This document shows positions 1-8,797 of a DNA stretch of 64,000 nt, one piece after another. Below the pieces are notes generated by a model. It was not told the DNA's origin. It saw only the letters and a list, made by a program, of their open reading frames with translations, and ran no database searches. Each line of letters opens with the position of its first letter. Position 1 is the stretch's first letter. Location: assembly GCA_963844035.1 (NCBI GenBank), contig CAWJMT010000035.1:96001-160000 (forward strand), given 5' to 3'. The position numbers and the translations under genes were made by a program. This DNA comes from an uncultured Gemmatimonadales bacterium. GTDB lineage: Bacteria > Gemmatimonadota > Gemmatimonadetes > Gemmatimonadales > GWC2-71-9.

Positions 1-1
1 G

Positions 2-331
2 TCGATGCAGAACCTGTACGACAACATGGCCGAGTACGGATACGACCTGACCAAGATTCCGTTCGTCATTCAGTACAACAAGCGCGATCTCCCGAACGCC
101 GCGCCGATCAAGGATCTGCAATCGTCCCTGAATCCGGGATGGCCGATCGAAGATCCGGCGCAGCAGAAGGTGGTTCCCGATCCGGCCCACCCCGGGGAGA
201 ACCTCGTCGACCGGATCGGCGGTGAGTGGATCGGCCACGCGAGCTACATCGAGGGCGTTGCGGTCCGGGGGGATGGCGTATTCGATACATTGAAAGCCGT
301 TAGCAAGTCGGTGCTGAAAACGCTGAGCTAG
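2..331 (+). CDS. mglA: MglA-like small GTPase, C-terminal part (5' end outside window)
   Basis: IPFVIQYNKRDLPNA (G4 NKxD) and GVFDTLKAVSKSVL are typical of the MglA C-terminus. Confidence 0.85.
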   Translation, partial: SMQNLYDNMAEYGYDLTKIPFVIQYNKRDLPNAAPIKDLQSSLNPGWPIEDPAQQKVVPDPAHPGENLVDRIGGEWIGHASYIEGVAVRGDGVFDTLKAVSKSVLKTLS

Positions 332-342
332 AAGGCGGTCCC

Positions 343-984
343 ATGCAGTGGACCTGGCCCAACATCCTGACGCTCGCGCGTATCTGCCTCACGCCCGTCA
401 TCGCGCTCCTGCCGTTCATCGAAGGGTACTGGCCCAAGGTCATCGCGCTGGTGATCTTCATCATCGCCGCGCTCTCCGACATGCTCGATGGCTACCTGGC
501 GCGCCGCTACAAGCAGGTGAGCGAGCTGGGCCAGCTGCTCGACCCCATCGCCGACAAGCTGCTGCTGTTCGCCACGCTGATCCCCATCTACTGGATCACG
601 CGCCACCCCACGATCCTGGTGGACTACCGCATCCCCTGGTGGGGCAGCCTGCCGGTGTGGGTGGCGCTGATCCTCGTGGGACGCGAAGTGCTGGTCACCG
701 TCGGCCGCTGGTTTGCCCTGCGGCGCGGCGTTGTGATTCCCGCGGGGGGGCCGGGCAAGCTCAAGGCGGCCTTCCAGAACGTCTTCATCGGCGCGACGAT
801 CGCGTGGTTTGCCTGGAAGGATGCGCTTGCCGCCCATTCCTGGGCCGGATGGTTCCGAAACTTCTGGGACAAGTTCCACGGCGCCGTGGTGGCGATCACG
901 CTGCTCGGGGCCGTGGTGCTGACGGTGTACTCGCTCATCGTCTACATCTACCGGTATCGCAAGCTGTTCAAGAGCGGCCAGTGA
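343..984 (+). CDS. pgsA: CDP-alcohol phosphatidyltransferase (PgsA-like)
   Basis: PNILTLARI and DMLDGYLARR...GQLLDPIADK signature; hydrophobic. Confidence 0.9.
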   Translation: MQWTWPNILTLARICLTPVIALLPFIEGYWPKVIALVIFIIAALSDMLDGYLARRYKQVSELGQLLDPIADKLLLFATLIPIYWITRHPTILVDYRIPWWGSLPVWVALILVGREVLVTVGRWFALRRGVVIPAGGPGKLKAAFQNVFIGATIAWFAWKDALAAHSWAGWFRNFWDKFHGAVVAITLLGAVVLTVYSLIVYIYRYRKLFKSGQ

Positions 985-2234
985 AGCTTGAAGTCGTCAC
1001 CATTGGTACCGAGCTGATCCTGGGAGCTACGCTCGACTCGAACGGCGCCGAGCTGGGGCGGGCGTTCGCGGCGGCCGGCGTCGAGATCACGCGCCGGACC
1101 ACCATCCCGGACCGGCCGGACGCGATCCGCGCCGCGGTAGCGGAAGCGCTCGAGCGCACCGGCTTCGTCGTCACCACCGGGGGCCTGGGCCCGACGCGTG
1201 ACGACGAAACGAAAACGGTGGTCGCGGAGCTGCTCGGGCGGCCGCTCACGCTCGACGAGGGTCTCCTGCTGGCGCTGGAATCCCGCTTCCAGCGGATGGG
1301 CCGCTGGCCCATGCCCGCGGCCAATCGCTCTCAGGCCTACGTCCCCGAGGGAGCGACGGTGCTGCCCAACCCACGGGGCACCGCGCCCGGCCTCTGGATC
1401 GAGGACTCGGACGGTCGCACGGCGGTGTTGTTGCCGGGGGTGCCGCGAGAAATGCGCGGGCTGCTGGTGGAGGAGGTCCTGCCACGCCTGGTGCAGCGCG
1501 CCGGCGCCGGCGTCCCGCGTGGTGCGCTCCCGGACGGTGCGCACGACCGGCGTCCCTGAGTCCGCTTTGGCCGAGCGCGTTGGCGCGATCGAAGAGTCCA
1601 TCGCACCCCTGACGCTGGCGTATCTCCCCTCCCTGCTCGGCGTCGATCTGCGGGTCACCGCGTGGGGTCTCGCGCCGGACGATGCGGAGCGCCGTCTCAC
1701 CGACGCCGCGGGCCGGCTCGCCCGACTCGCCGACGAGCACTACTACGGCGATGACGACACCGATCTCGCGGCCCACGTGCTCGCCCGGCTGCGACAGGGC
1801 GGGCACCGCCTGGGGATCGCGGAATCGTGCACCGGGGGCCTGGTGGGACAGCGGATCACGGCGATCCCGGGCGCGTCCGACACGTTCATCGGCGGCGTGG
1901 TGGCGTACGCCGACGCGATCAAGCACGACGTGCTCGGCGTTCCGCAGGAGACGCTCGACACCCACGGCGCCGTGTCGGAGCAGACGGTGCGCGCCATGGT
2001 CGAGGGGGCGCAACGCGTCTTCGCGGTCGATTGCAGCATGGCGGTCACGGGGATCGCGGGGCCGGGGGGCGGCACGCCCGACAAGCCGGTGGGGACGGTG
2101 TGGCTCGGCCGCCCGCGTCGGCGCCGAAACCCGGACGGTGCGGCGAGTGTTTCCGGGCGACCGCGACGAGGTCCGCGCGCGCGCGGCGCAGGCCGTGCTC
2201 GACTTGCTGCGCCGGCAGCTGCCACTCGTCCTGA
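981..2234 (+). CDS. cinA: CinA-like competence/damage-inducible protein (MoCF-like + PncC domains), split by apparent indels near 1500 and 2110
   Basis: EVVTIGTELILG, TGGLGPTRDDET, LPGVPREM, AESCTGG and TGIAGPGGGTPDKPVGTV lie in successive frames. Confidence 0.85.
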
Positions 2235-3053
2235 TGCCGACGCTCACCGCGCCGGACGGCACCCAGCTGGTGTACGACGCCTTCGAGCCCCCGTCTCCCC
2301 GAGCGGCAGTCCTGCTGCTGCACGGGTGGTTCGACCACGCCGGGCGCTGGAGCGACGTGGCGGAGCGGCTGCGCGACGCGGGCTACGGCGTCTACGTGCT
2401 CGACCAGCGGGGGCACGGACGCTCCGGCGGCCGGCGCGGGCACCTCTCCCGGTTCAGCCAGCTGCTGGGGGACCTTCAGGCGTTCAGGCGCGCCGTTCGC
2501 CGCCGCCACACCGAGACGCCGCAGGTGCTGCTGGCGCATTCGTTCGGCGGGTTGGTGGCGCTGCGCTACCTCGAGACTCAGCCGGGCGATCCGATCGCGG
2601 CCGGCGGTGGTCTCCTGCCCATGGCTGGCGCTCGCCGCGCCGCCCCCGGTGTGGAAGACACTCGCGGGGCGGCTGCTCGCGGACCTCTGGCCGACGCTGC
2701 CGATCCCCGCGGCGGTCGACGCGGCCCTGTTGAGTCGCGACGCCGCGATCAACGCCGCCTACGAGGCCGACCCCGTGGTGCACGGCCGGATGACGCCCGG
2801 GGCGTGGCGCGAGATCCAGTGGGCGCAGCGCGCCGTGGCGGCGGACGGCGCCCGGATCGACGTTCCGCTGCTGTTTCTCCTCGCAGGGGAAGACCGGATC
2901 GTGGACGCCCACGCGGCGCGGGCCTTCGCCGACGGCCTCGCCGAGCACGAGGTGAAGTGGTACCCGGAGATGTTTCACGAGGTGCTGCACGATCCGCAGC
3001 GCGAGCAGGTGATTGCCGACATCCTTACATTTCTCAGTTCGCGCGGAATATGA
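2234..3053 (+). CDS. Alpha/beta hydrolase, lysophospholipase-like (indel near 2600)
   Basis: LLHGWFDH, DQRGHGRSGG, AHSFGG nucleophile elbow, GEDRIVD, MFHEVL. Confidence 0.85.
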
Positions 3054-3622
3054 GCCACGACACCGATCGACCCAACGATTCCAAAGGCCTCGACCCGAGC
3101 GGGACGGAGGGGGAGCAGGTCGCGGATGCCGTGGAGACGAGCGCTTCGGGAGCCGACGCGCAGCTGGCGGAGCTCACCGATCGGCATCTCCGGCTCGCCG
3201 CCGAGTACGACAACTTTCGCAGGCGAACAGGGAAGGAGCGTGGCGAGCTGTGGGCGAAGGCGCAGGCAGCCCTTCTGGGCCGCCTGGTCGATGCCCTGGA
3301 CGATCTCTCCCGCTTTGCCGGCGTGGACCCCGCACGGACCGACGCCAAGACGCTGCACGAGGGCGTCAACCTGGTGGAGCGGAAGTTTTGGAAAGAGCTC
3401 GAAGCGGCGGGCGTGCGGCGCATGGACCAGGTGGGCGTCGTGTTCGACCCCAACTTGCACGAGGCCGTGACGACGGCGCCGGCGGCCACGCCCGCCCAGG
3501 ACCACACCGTCGGGGCCGTCCTCCAGGCGGGGTATAAGCTCGGGGACCTGCTCATCCGGCCGGCCCGGGTGCAGGTGCTCACCTGGCAAGGGGACGCGGG
3601 ACGAGGGACGGGGGAAGGGTAA
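3050..3622 (+). CDS. grpE: Nucleotide exchange factor GrpE
   Basis: RLAAEYDNFRRR, FDPNLHEAV, GYKLGDLLIRPARVQV; ATG overlaps the upstream TGA. Confidence 0.93.
   Translation: MSHDTDRPNDSKGLDPSGTEGEQVADAVETSASGADAQLAELTDRHLRLAAEYDNFRRRTGKERGELWAKAQAALLGRLVDALDDLSRFAGVDPARTDAKTLHEGVNLVERKFWKELEAAGVRRMDQVGVVFDPNLHEAVTTAPAATPAQDHTVGAVLQAGYKLGDLLIRPARVQVLTWQGDAGRGTGEG
3591..3618 (+). repeat. Heptamer tandem repeat (GGGACGN-like x4) at the grpE 3' end
   Basis: GGGACGC GGGACGA GGGACGG GGGAAGG. Confidence 0.6.
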
Positions 3623-4705
3623 TGGCAGCGCCGCGGGACTACTACCAGACGTTGGGCGTCTCGGAGACGGCGACGACCGACGAGATCAAGAAGGCGTTTC
3701 GGCGGCTCGCGAAGCAGCACCATCCCGATCGCAACCCCAACAATCCGCAGGCCGTCGAGCGCTTCAAGGAGGTCAACGAAGCGCACGACGTGCTGAGCGA
3801 CCCCGCCAAGCGGAAGAAGTACGACGAGATGCGCCGCTACGGCGCGTTCGCCGGGGCGGGGGCCGGCTGGGGTGCGGGGCGGCCAGGGCCGGGGAGCGGC
3901 GGCGGTGTCGACTTCGATGCCTCGGACGGGTCCTTTGGGGGGCTCGGCGACCTGTTCTCGTCGATCTTCGGCCGCCGCGGGGAGGGCCGCGGCGGTGAGC
4001 CCGACGATGAGGTCGAGACCACCGTGACGATTCCGTTCCGCGTGGCGGCTCTGGGGGGCAAGGTACCGATCGTGCTGGGGCTCACCGAGGTGTGCCCGAT
4101 GTGCAGCGGCAGCGGGGCCGCGCCCGGAGCGATCGATTTCGACCTGCCCCGAGTGCCGCGGTCGCGGGACCGTTTCGTTCGGCCAGGGCGGGTTCGCGGT
4201 GAACCGGCCGTGCCCGGTATGTCGCGGGAAGGGAAAGGTCCCGTCAGAGCCGTGCCCGACCTGCCGCGGATCGGGGGACGTGCGCGTCGAGAAGCGCCTG
4301 GCGATTACGGTGCCGCCCGGGACCGAGGACGGCGCGCGCATGCGCTTGAAGGGCGAAGGCGCACGGGGGCGCGGGGACATCGTGGTGGTGTTTCAAGTCG
4401 AGCCCGATCGGTTTTTCAGGCGTGAGGGGCTCGACGTGCTGTGCGTGGTGCCGATCAACGTGATGCAGGCGATGCTCGGCTCCAAGATCAAGGTCAAGAC
4501 GCTCGATGGGCGGAAGGTCGTGCTGCGCATCCCCCCCGGCACGCAGCACGGTCAGAAGTTCAGGATCCCGGGGCAGGGCATCGAGAAGATGGGCCGACGC
4601 GGCGACCAGTACGTCGAGGTGCGGGTGGAGATTCCGGAAAACCTGACGGTGGAACAGGAAGCCGCGGCACGCGAATTTGCGGACAAGGTGGGGATCAAGC
4701 ACTAA
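3622..4705 (+). CDS. dnaJ: DnaJ-family chaperone with J domain and zinc finger (indel near 4135)
   Basis: RDYYQTLGV...HHPDRN; four CxxCxGxG motifs across two frames; C-terminal IPPGTQHGQKFRIPGQG. Confidence 0.9.
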
Positions 4706-4719
4706 CTTGGCCCCTCCCC

Positions 4720-4749
4720 TTGCTCAGAGGTCGGCGGCCATGATAGTCT
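4720..4749 (+). promoter_or_regulatory. Putative sigma70-type promoter for the leader/tRNA-Asn transcript
   Basis: TTGCTC (4720-4725), 18-nt spacer, extended -10 TG-A-TAGTCT (4741-4749); a GTG follows 7 nt later. Confidence 0.6.
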
Positions 4750-4756
4750 TGGCCCC

Positions 4757-4813
4757 GTGAATTCACCTGCCGTGCGTGCGCCGAATACCAACGCAGGGAA
4801 CCGCGTCGCGTAG
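4757..4813 (+). CDS. Putative Asn-rich attenuator leader peptide MNSPAVRAPNTNAGNRVA
   Basis: GTG...TAG, 18 codons with 4 Asn codons (AAT, AAT, AAC, AAC); leaderless position; the stop lies inside the antiterminator arm. Confidence 0.65.
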   Translation: MNSPAVRAPNTNAGNRVA

Positions 4814-4842
4814 CCCGTCGATCAGGTTCACGAAGGCTACGC
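4808..4842 (+). promoter_or_regulatory. Putative antiterminator hairpin
   Basis: GCGTAGCC (4808-4815) pairs with GGCTACGC (4835-4842), plus inner CGT/ACG; it overlaps the terminator left arm by 4 nt. Confidence 0.6.
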
Positions 4843-4866
4843 CCCCGGCACTGGGGGCGTTTTGTT
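4839..4866 (+). terminator. Intrinsic terminator (attenuator terminator candidate)
   Basis: ACGCCCCCG-GCAC-TGGGGGCGT, a 9-bp stem followed by TTTGTT. Confidence 0.8.
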
Positions 4867-4870
4867 GGGC

Positions 4871-4933
4871 AGACGCTAAGACGGTAAGACGCTAAGACGG
4901 CCAGACGCTCGCATAGCGTCTTAGCGTCTTAGC
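4871..4933. repeat. Octamer tandem repeats arranged as an inverted repeat
   Basis: AGACGCTA-like x5, then TAGCGTCT x2.5; 4875-4894 pairs with 4914-4933 at 19/20. Confidence 0.85.
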
Positions 4934-4950
4934 AACGTACGACTGTTTTT

Positions 4951-5023
4951 TGGGGTGTAGCTCAATTGGCAGAGCGCCCGGCTGTTAACCGGGAAGTTGG
5001 AGGTTCGAGTCCTCCCGCCCCAG
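4951..5023 (+). tRNA. tRNA-Asn (GTT), CCA not encoded
   Basis: Acceptor TGGGGTG/CGCCCCA with U1:A72; anticodon arm CCCGG-CTGTTAA-CCGGG; T arm GGAGG-TTCGAGT-CCTCC; discriminator G. Confidence 0.97.
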
Positions 5024-5079
5024 TTGTTCAGGCGTCTACCATCCGATTGGCGACTTGCGCCGCACGGCGCACCGGGGGC

Positions 5080-5844
5080 GTGTTGACAGCTTCGCGTGGG
5101 ATCGGAATGTATCTGACGCTTGCCGGACTGGCCGCCTTCGTCGCGGCCTGCCCGGGCAAATCCCGCAAGGCCGCGCCACCACCGGCGCCGGCGCAGAAAT
5201 CGGTCTCCAAGAGCACGCGCGCCATGGCCGAAAGCATCAACGTCCTCGAGCAACACACCGCGCGCCTCGAATTGCGGCTCCTCGAAGGGGAAGCGCAGGT
5301 CGGAGACCTCCAGGCCAAGCTGGACGAGGCCCGGCAGGAGGTGGTGCGGGCGATGGCGAAGCTGCAGACCCTCGCGAGCAAGGCGGAGGCAGCATCCGCG
5401 ATCGCTGAAGCGGAGATCGCCATTGAGGCGCTGAAAACCGCCGCCGGCCAGCTCGGGACGGCCGAGGCCGCGCAAGCCGAGCAGCTGTTGCGCATGGGCA
5501 CGAAGGAGTTTGACGAGGAGAACTACGGCGGCGCGCTCTACCTGGCGAATCAGGCCAAGAACCTGGCGGCCCGGAGCCAGACGCGCTTGACGAGCTCGGT
5601 CCGCGGGGCGCTGCGGCCCGGTGAGGTGCTGTTCGCGCTTCCCCTGCAGCTCCAGACCCTGGTGCGCGGCAACGTGCGCGACGGCCCGGGCACCAATTTC
5701 AAGGTGCTGTTCACGCTCGATGCGGGGACGCCGCTGCTCGGGTATTCGTACGCGGATGTGTGGGTGCGGGTGAGTGACGAGAGCGGTCGCAGCGGTTGGA
5801 TCTTCTATACGTTCGTCGGGAAACGGCAGGGGGCGAGCCACTAA
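5080..5844 (+). CDS. Putative lipoprotein with coiled coil and C-terminal bacterial SH3 domain
   Basis: Hydrophobic N-terminus ending VAAC; helical middle; NVRDGPGTNFKVL...WVRV...SGWI. Start is 5080 or 5107. Confidence 0.7.
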   Translation: MLTASRGIGMYLTLAGLAAFVAACPGKSRKAAPPPAPAQKSVSKSTRAMAESINVLEQHTARLELRLLEGEAQVGDLQAKLDEARQEVVRAMAKLQTLASKAEAASAIAEAEIAIEALKTAAGQLGTAEAAQAEQLLRMGTKEFDEENYGGALYLANQAKNLAARSQTRLTSSVRGALRPGEVLFALPLQLQTLVRGNVRDGPGTNFKVLFTLDAGTPLLGYSYADVWVRVSDESGRSGWIFYTFVGKRQGASH

Positions 5845-5860
5845 CGGGGGAGCGGCGCGG

Positions 5861-7543
5861 TCAGCCACCCCGGCGCGTGGCGCGTGTCTCGCTTCGTTTG
5901 GCCGTGGAGACGCGGTCGCGGCCCGCACGCTTCGCCTGGTACATCGCCGCATCCGCGCTCGCGATCACGGCCTCGGGGGAATCGCCGTCGGTGGGGAACT
6001 CGGCGATCCCGATGCTCAGCGTGATCTTCCCGACGGCAAACTTCGTTTCGGCCAGATGGTCCCGAATGCGTTCGCTCACCTGCGCGGCGCCATCCATCTG
6101 GGTTTCCGGCAGCACCAGCAGGAATTCCTCGCCGCCATAGCGGGCCACGCAATCCACGTCGCGCGTCGACTCGCGCAACACCGTCGCCACCTGGACCAGG
6201 ACCTGGTCGCCGGCGAGGTGGCCGAACTCGTCGTTGTACTTCTTGAACTCGTCGACGTCCACCATCACCACGCTCATGACGCGCTTGTGGCGGCGGCAGC
6301 GGTGGATCTCGTTGGTGATGGTCTCCATCAGGTGGCGGCGGTTGTAGAGCTTGGTCAACCCGTCGGTGATGGAGAGGCGCTCCAGCTCATTCCGGCCGAC
6401 GCGCAGCCGGTCCACCATGTTGTTGAAGACTTCTGTGAGATACCCGACTTCGCCGCCGCTCGTGACCGGCAGGTCGACCGCGAAATCGCCGGCGGCGACC
6501 TCCGCGGCCCCGCGGGTGAGGCGATCCAGCGGGCGCACGATGAGCAGGCCGAGCAAGTAGGCGAGCAATCCGACGCCGGCGAGCAGCGCGGTGACGATCA
6601 GCGCCGTCTCGTTCCGGAGCCGGATCACCTGCTCGTACGCCACCCGCACGGGAATCTCGGCGACCACGCTCCAGTTGAGGCGGGGGATCTGCCGCAGGGC
6701 TCCCACGACGCGATGCTGGTCGAACCCATTGTACTCGAGGGTGGTCGCCTGGCGCTTGAGCAACGCCAGCATGGTGGCCTTGGGGAGCTGCGAGCGGATC
6801 GGCTGCGTCGAGCCGACCTGGGAATTCGTGATGACCTTCCCTTGGGCCGTGATCAGGTACATCTGCCCCGACGGTGCGGGGACCACGCGCTTCAGGAGGT
6901 CGTCCACCGTACCGATGTTCAACTTGGCCATCAGCGCGCCCATGAAGCGCCCATTGGCGAGGCGAATCGGGACCGCGGCGATCAACACGACCCGGGCGTG
7001 GACGTCGTCCCAATAGGGCTCGCCCACGGCGGCGCCGTTGGCGCGAACGTCGTTGAGCCAGTTCGTGGGCAGACGCACCGGACCGGTGCGCGCGGCGCTG
7101 GTCGCCACGGCACGGCCGGACATGTCCATCACCATCAATTCTTCGTAGTCGGTGAACCGCTCCCGGACCGACGTGAGGTAGTCGTTGAGCCGGGTGAGGC
7201 CGCGGCGCCCCGGTTTGGCGCTGGGGTCGACATTTTCCGAGACTTCGTAGGAGCTGGCGAAGACGCGCAGGTCGTAGAGCCGCTCCTTGAGCCAGAGATC
7301 GATCTCCCGGGCGGTCTCGGAGCTCACGCTCTGCAGCTGGGCTTTGATCTTCTCACCCAGCGACCGCTTGTTGTGCGTGTAGGAGACCCAGGCCGTGGAG
7401 CAGGAGGGAATGAGGGTCGCGAGCACGGCGAACGCCAGGAGCTTGTTACGAATGGTCTCCAGGCGCAGCACGCGCAGTTGCTTCGATATGGCCTGTTCCC
7501 AGGAAATCACGTCCGGCTCTCCCCTTTTTCGGCACACCAACAT
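5861..7543 (-). CDS. Membrane diguanylate cyclase (Cache-like sensor, HAMP, GGDEF)
   Basis: Two TM segments; HAMP (RPLDRL...EVGYLTEVFNNM); SITDGLTKLYNRR; RDVD I-site; YGGEEF. Confidence 0.92.
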   Translation of the reverse strand: MLVCRKRGEPDVISWEQAISKQLRVLRLETIRNKLLAFAVLATLIPSCSTAWVSYTHNKRSLGEKIKAQLQSVSSETAREIDLWLKERLYDLRVFASSYEVSENVDPSAKPGRRGLTRLNDYLTSVRERFTDYEELMVMDMSGRAVATSAARTGPVRLPTNWLNDVRANGAAVGEPYWDDVHARVVLIAAVPIRLANGRFMGALMAKLNIGTVDDLLKRVVPAPSGQMYLITAQGKVITNSQVGSTQPIRSQLPKATMLALLKRQATTLEYNGFDQHRVVGALRQIPRLNWSVVAEIPVRVAYEQVIRLRNETALIVTALLAGVGLLAYLLGLLIVRPLDRLTRGAAEVAAGDFAVDLPVTSGGEVGYLTEVFNNMVDRLRVGRNELERLSITDGLTKLYNRRHLMETITNEIHRCRRHKRVMSVVMVDVDEFKKYNDEFGHLAGDQVLVQVATVLRESTRDVDCVARYGGEEFLLVLPETQMDGAAQVSERIRDHLAETKFAVGKITLSIGIAEFPTDGDSPEAVIASADAAMYQAKRAGRDRVSTAKRSETRATRRGG

Positions 7544-7625
7544 TCACTTTCGCGCCCCACACGCAAGTGGAGCGGGCCGTAAACCGTTGAGAATGGCCTC
7601 CGGTCAAGCTTTCAGGGGGGACGGT

Positions 7626-7665
7626 CGCTGCTATAGGCGGAGGGCCTTCTCCGCCTATAGCAGCG
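7626..7665. repeat. Perfect 17-bp inverted repeat (terminator-like or REP-like)
   Basis: CGCTGCTATAGGCGGAG-GGCCTT-CTCCGCCTATAGCAGCG. Confidence 0.85.
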
Positions 7666-7685
7666 TCGGTCGTCAGGGGGGCGAC

Positions 7686-8120
7686 CTACCCTCCGACCGT
7701 GAAATCGACCCGGCGGAGCACCGCGCCGCTGGCGTCCCGGATCTCCACGTGCCACGCGCCGGTGGCCTCTGCGGGCACCGTCTTCCGGCTCCACGTGCGC
7801 CACGGTGAGCCGCCGAGCGTCAGCTCGACGTCTCCTACCTGGGTGTCGCCGAAAAACCAGACGTGATGCACCGTGGTGCCGGCCGTCGCGCCGGAGATCC
7901 TGGTCCAGCAGACGACTTGTCCGACGGCGGCGGGAAACGCGGTCCCGGTGTCCTGTGCCACGCGGTCGACCACCGATCGCGCGATGACTGCCTCCATGAC
8001 AGTGAGACTCGGAGCCGCAGCGGGAGCGGCCTCGGGGGCAGCGGTCGAATCCTGGGCCGCGAGGGTCGCCGGACCGCCGAGGACCAATGCCAGGGTACAA
8101 GCGATGTGTTTCAGCGTCAT
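7686..8120 (-). CDS. Secreted DUF2914-like protein
   Basis: Signal peptide; CWTRI, HHVW, WRTWSRKT, GAWHVEI pattern; GAGG RBS. Confidence 0.75.
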   Translation of the reverse strand: MTLKHIACTLALVLGGPATLAAQDSTAAPEAAPAAAPSLTVMEAVIARSVVDRVAQDTGTAFPAAVGQVVCWTRISGATAGTTVHHVWFFGDTQVGDVELTLGGSPWRTWSRKTVPAEATGAWHVEIRDASGAVLRRVDFTVGG

Positions 8121-8396
8121 AGGTCACCTCTCGTGGGATCCTGGTGATTTACTACACGACGGCGCCGCATTTCGAGCCAGAAACCGACCAGCCCCACGAT
8201 CAGCGCACCGAATGCCGTTCCGAGGGTCTGTGCCAGCAGCTGGTATTCGAGCTGGCGCCCGTGACACTTCGACGAGAACAAGGGACCGACCATCGCGCTG
8301 CAGGACCCCTGGAACCTGTTCGAAGCCGTAGCGCGCCGCGAGGCCGCACACGAGCGGCAGCGCGGCGATGAGGAGATGGCGGACGAGAATCTTCAC
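8117..8396 (-). CDS. Small membrane protein (apparent indel near 8310)
   Basis: Two hydrophobic stretches in adjacent frames; fills the gap with overlapping start and stop codons. Confidence 0.4.
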
Positions 8397-8797
8397 GACG
8401 TGTGCATCGCGTACAGGAACACGAAATTGTAAATCCCGGTGAGCAGGGCCAGGCACCATACCAACACTACATAGGGACCCGCGTGCCGGTGCAACGGACG
8501 CAGCCGCGCGACGGCGCGGCTTACCACCTGCCAGGCCATCCCGGCGAACGCGGCGATCGCGAACGTCAGGTGGATCTTGAAGAATGGCAGGTCGCTGAGG
8601 GCGCCACGCCGGGGCCCCGGGGCCATCAAGAACATGAACGCGGTGAAGACGGCGAGCTCGACCGCCACGCTCGCGAGCATGAGCCCGGCGTGCAGGGACA
8701 GCTGGCCGCGCCGGACGCGGGTCGCCGCAACCACCAGAATCGGCGGGCCGATGATCGCCCACACCAGCCCGGCGACCGCCTGCGGAGGGGCGTTCAT
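8393..8797 (-). CDS. Small 4-TM membrane protein, DUF420-like
   Basis: TM helices with His motifs LHAGLM, KIHLTFA, LHRHAG and TGIYNF. Confidence 0.6.
   Translation of the reverse strand: MNAPPQAVAGLVWAIIGPPILVVAATRVRRGQLSLHAGLMLASVAVELAVFTAFMFLMAPGPRRGALSDLPFFKIHLTFAIAAFAGMAWQVVSRAVARLRPLHRHAGPYVVLVWCLALLTGIYNFVFLYAMHTS

Noticed and set aside
1682..3622. 646-aa CinA-hydrolase-GrpE fusion ORF
   Set aside because: It is a mosaic caused by indels. The separate genes have their own overlapping start and stop codons.
4757..4866. T-box riboswitch as the tRNA control element
   Set aside because: There is no T-box consensus (AGGGTGGNACCGCG) in the 5' arm and the leader is too short for stem I. A leader ORF fits better.
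4871..4933. CRISPR-like array
   Set aside because: The units are 8 bp with no spacers, and there are no cas genes.
4966..5079. ORF-track N-terminal extension of the SH3 protein (MAERPAVNREVGGSSP)
   Set aside because: It is a translation of the tRNA-Asn gene.
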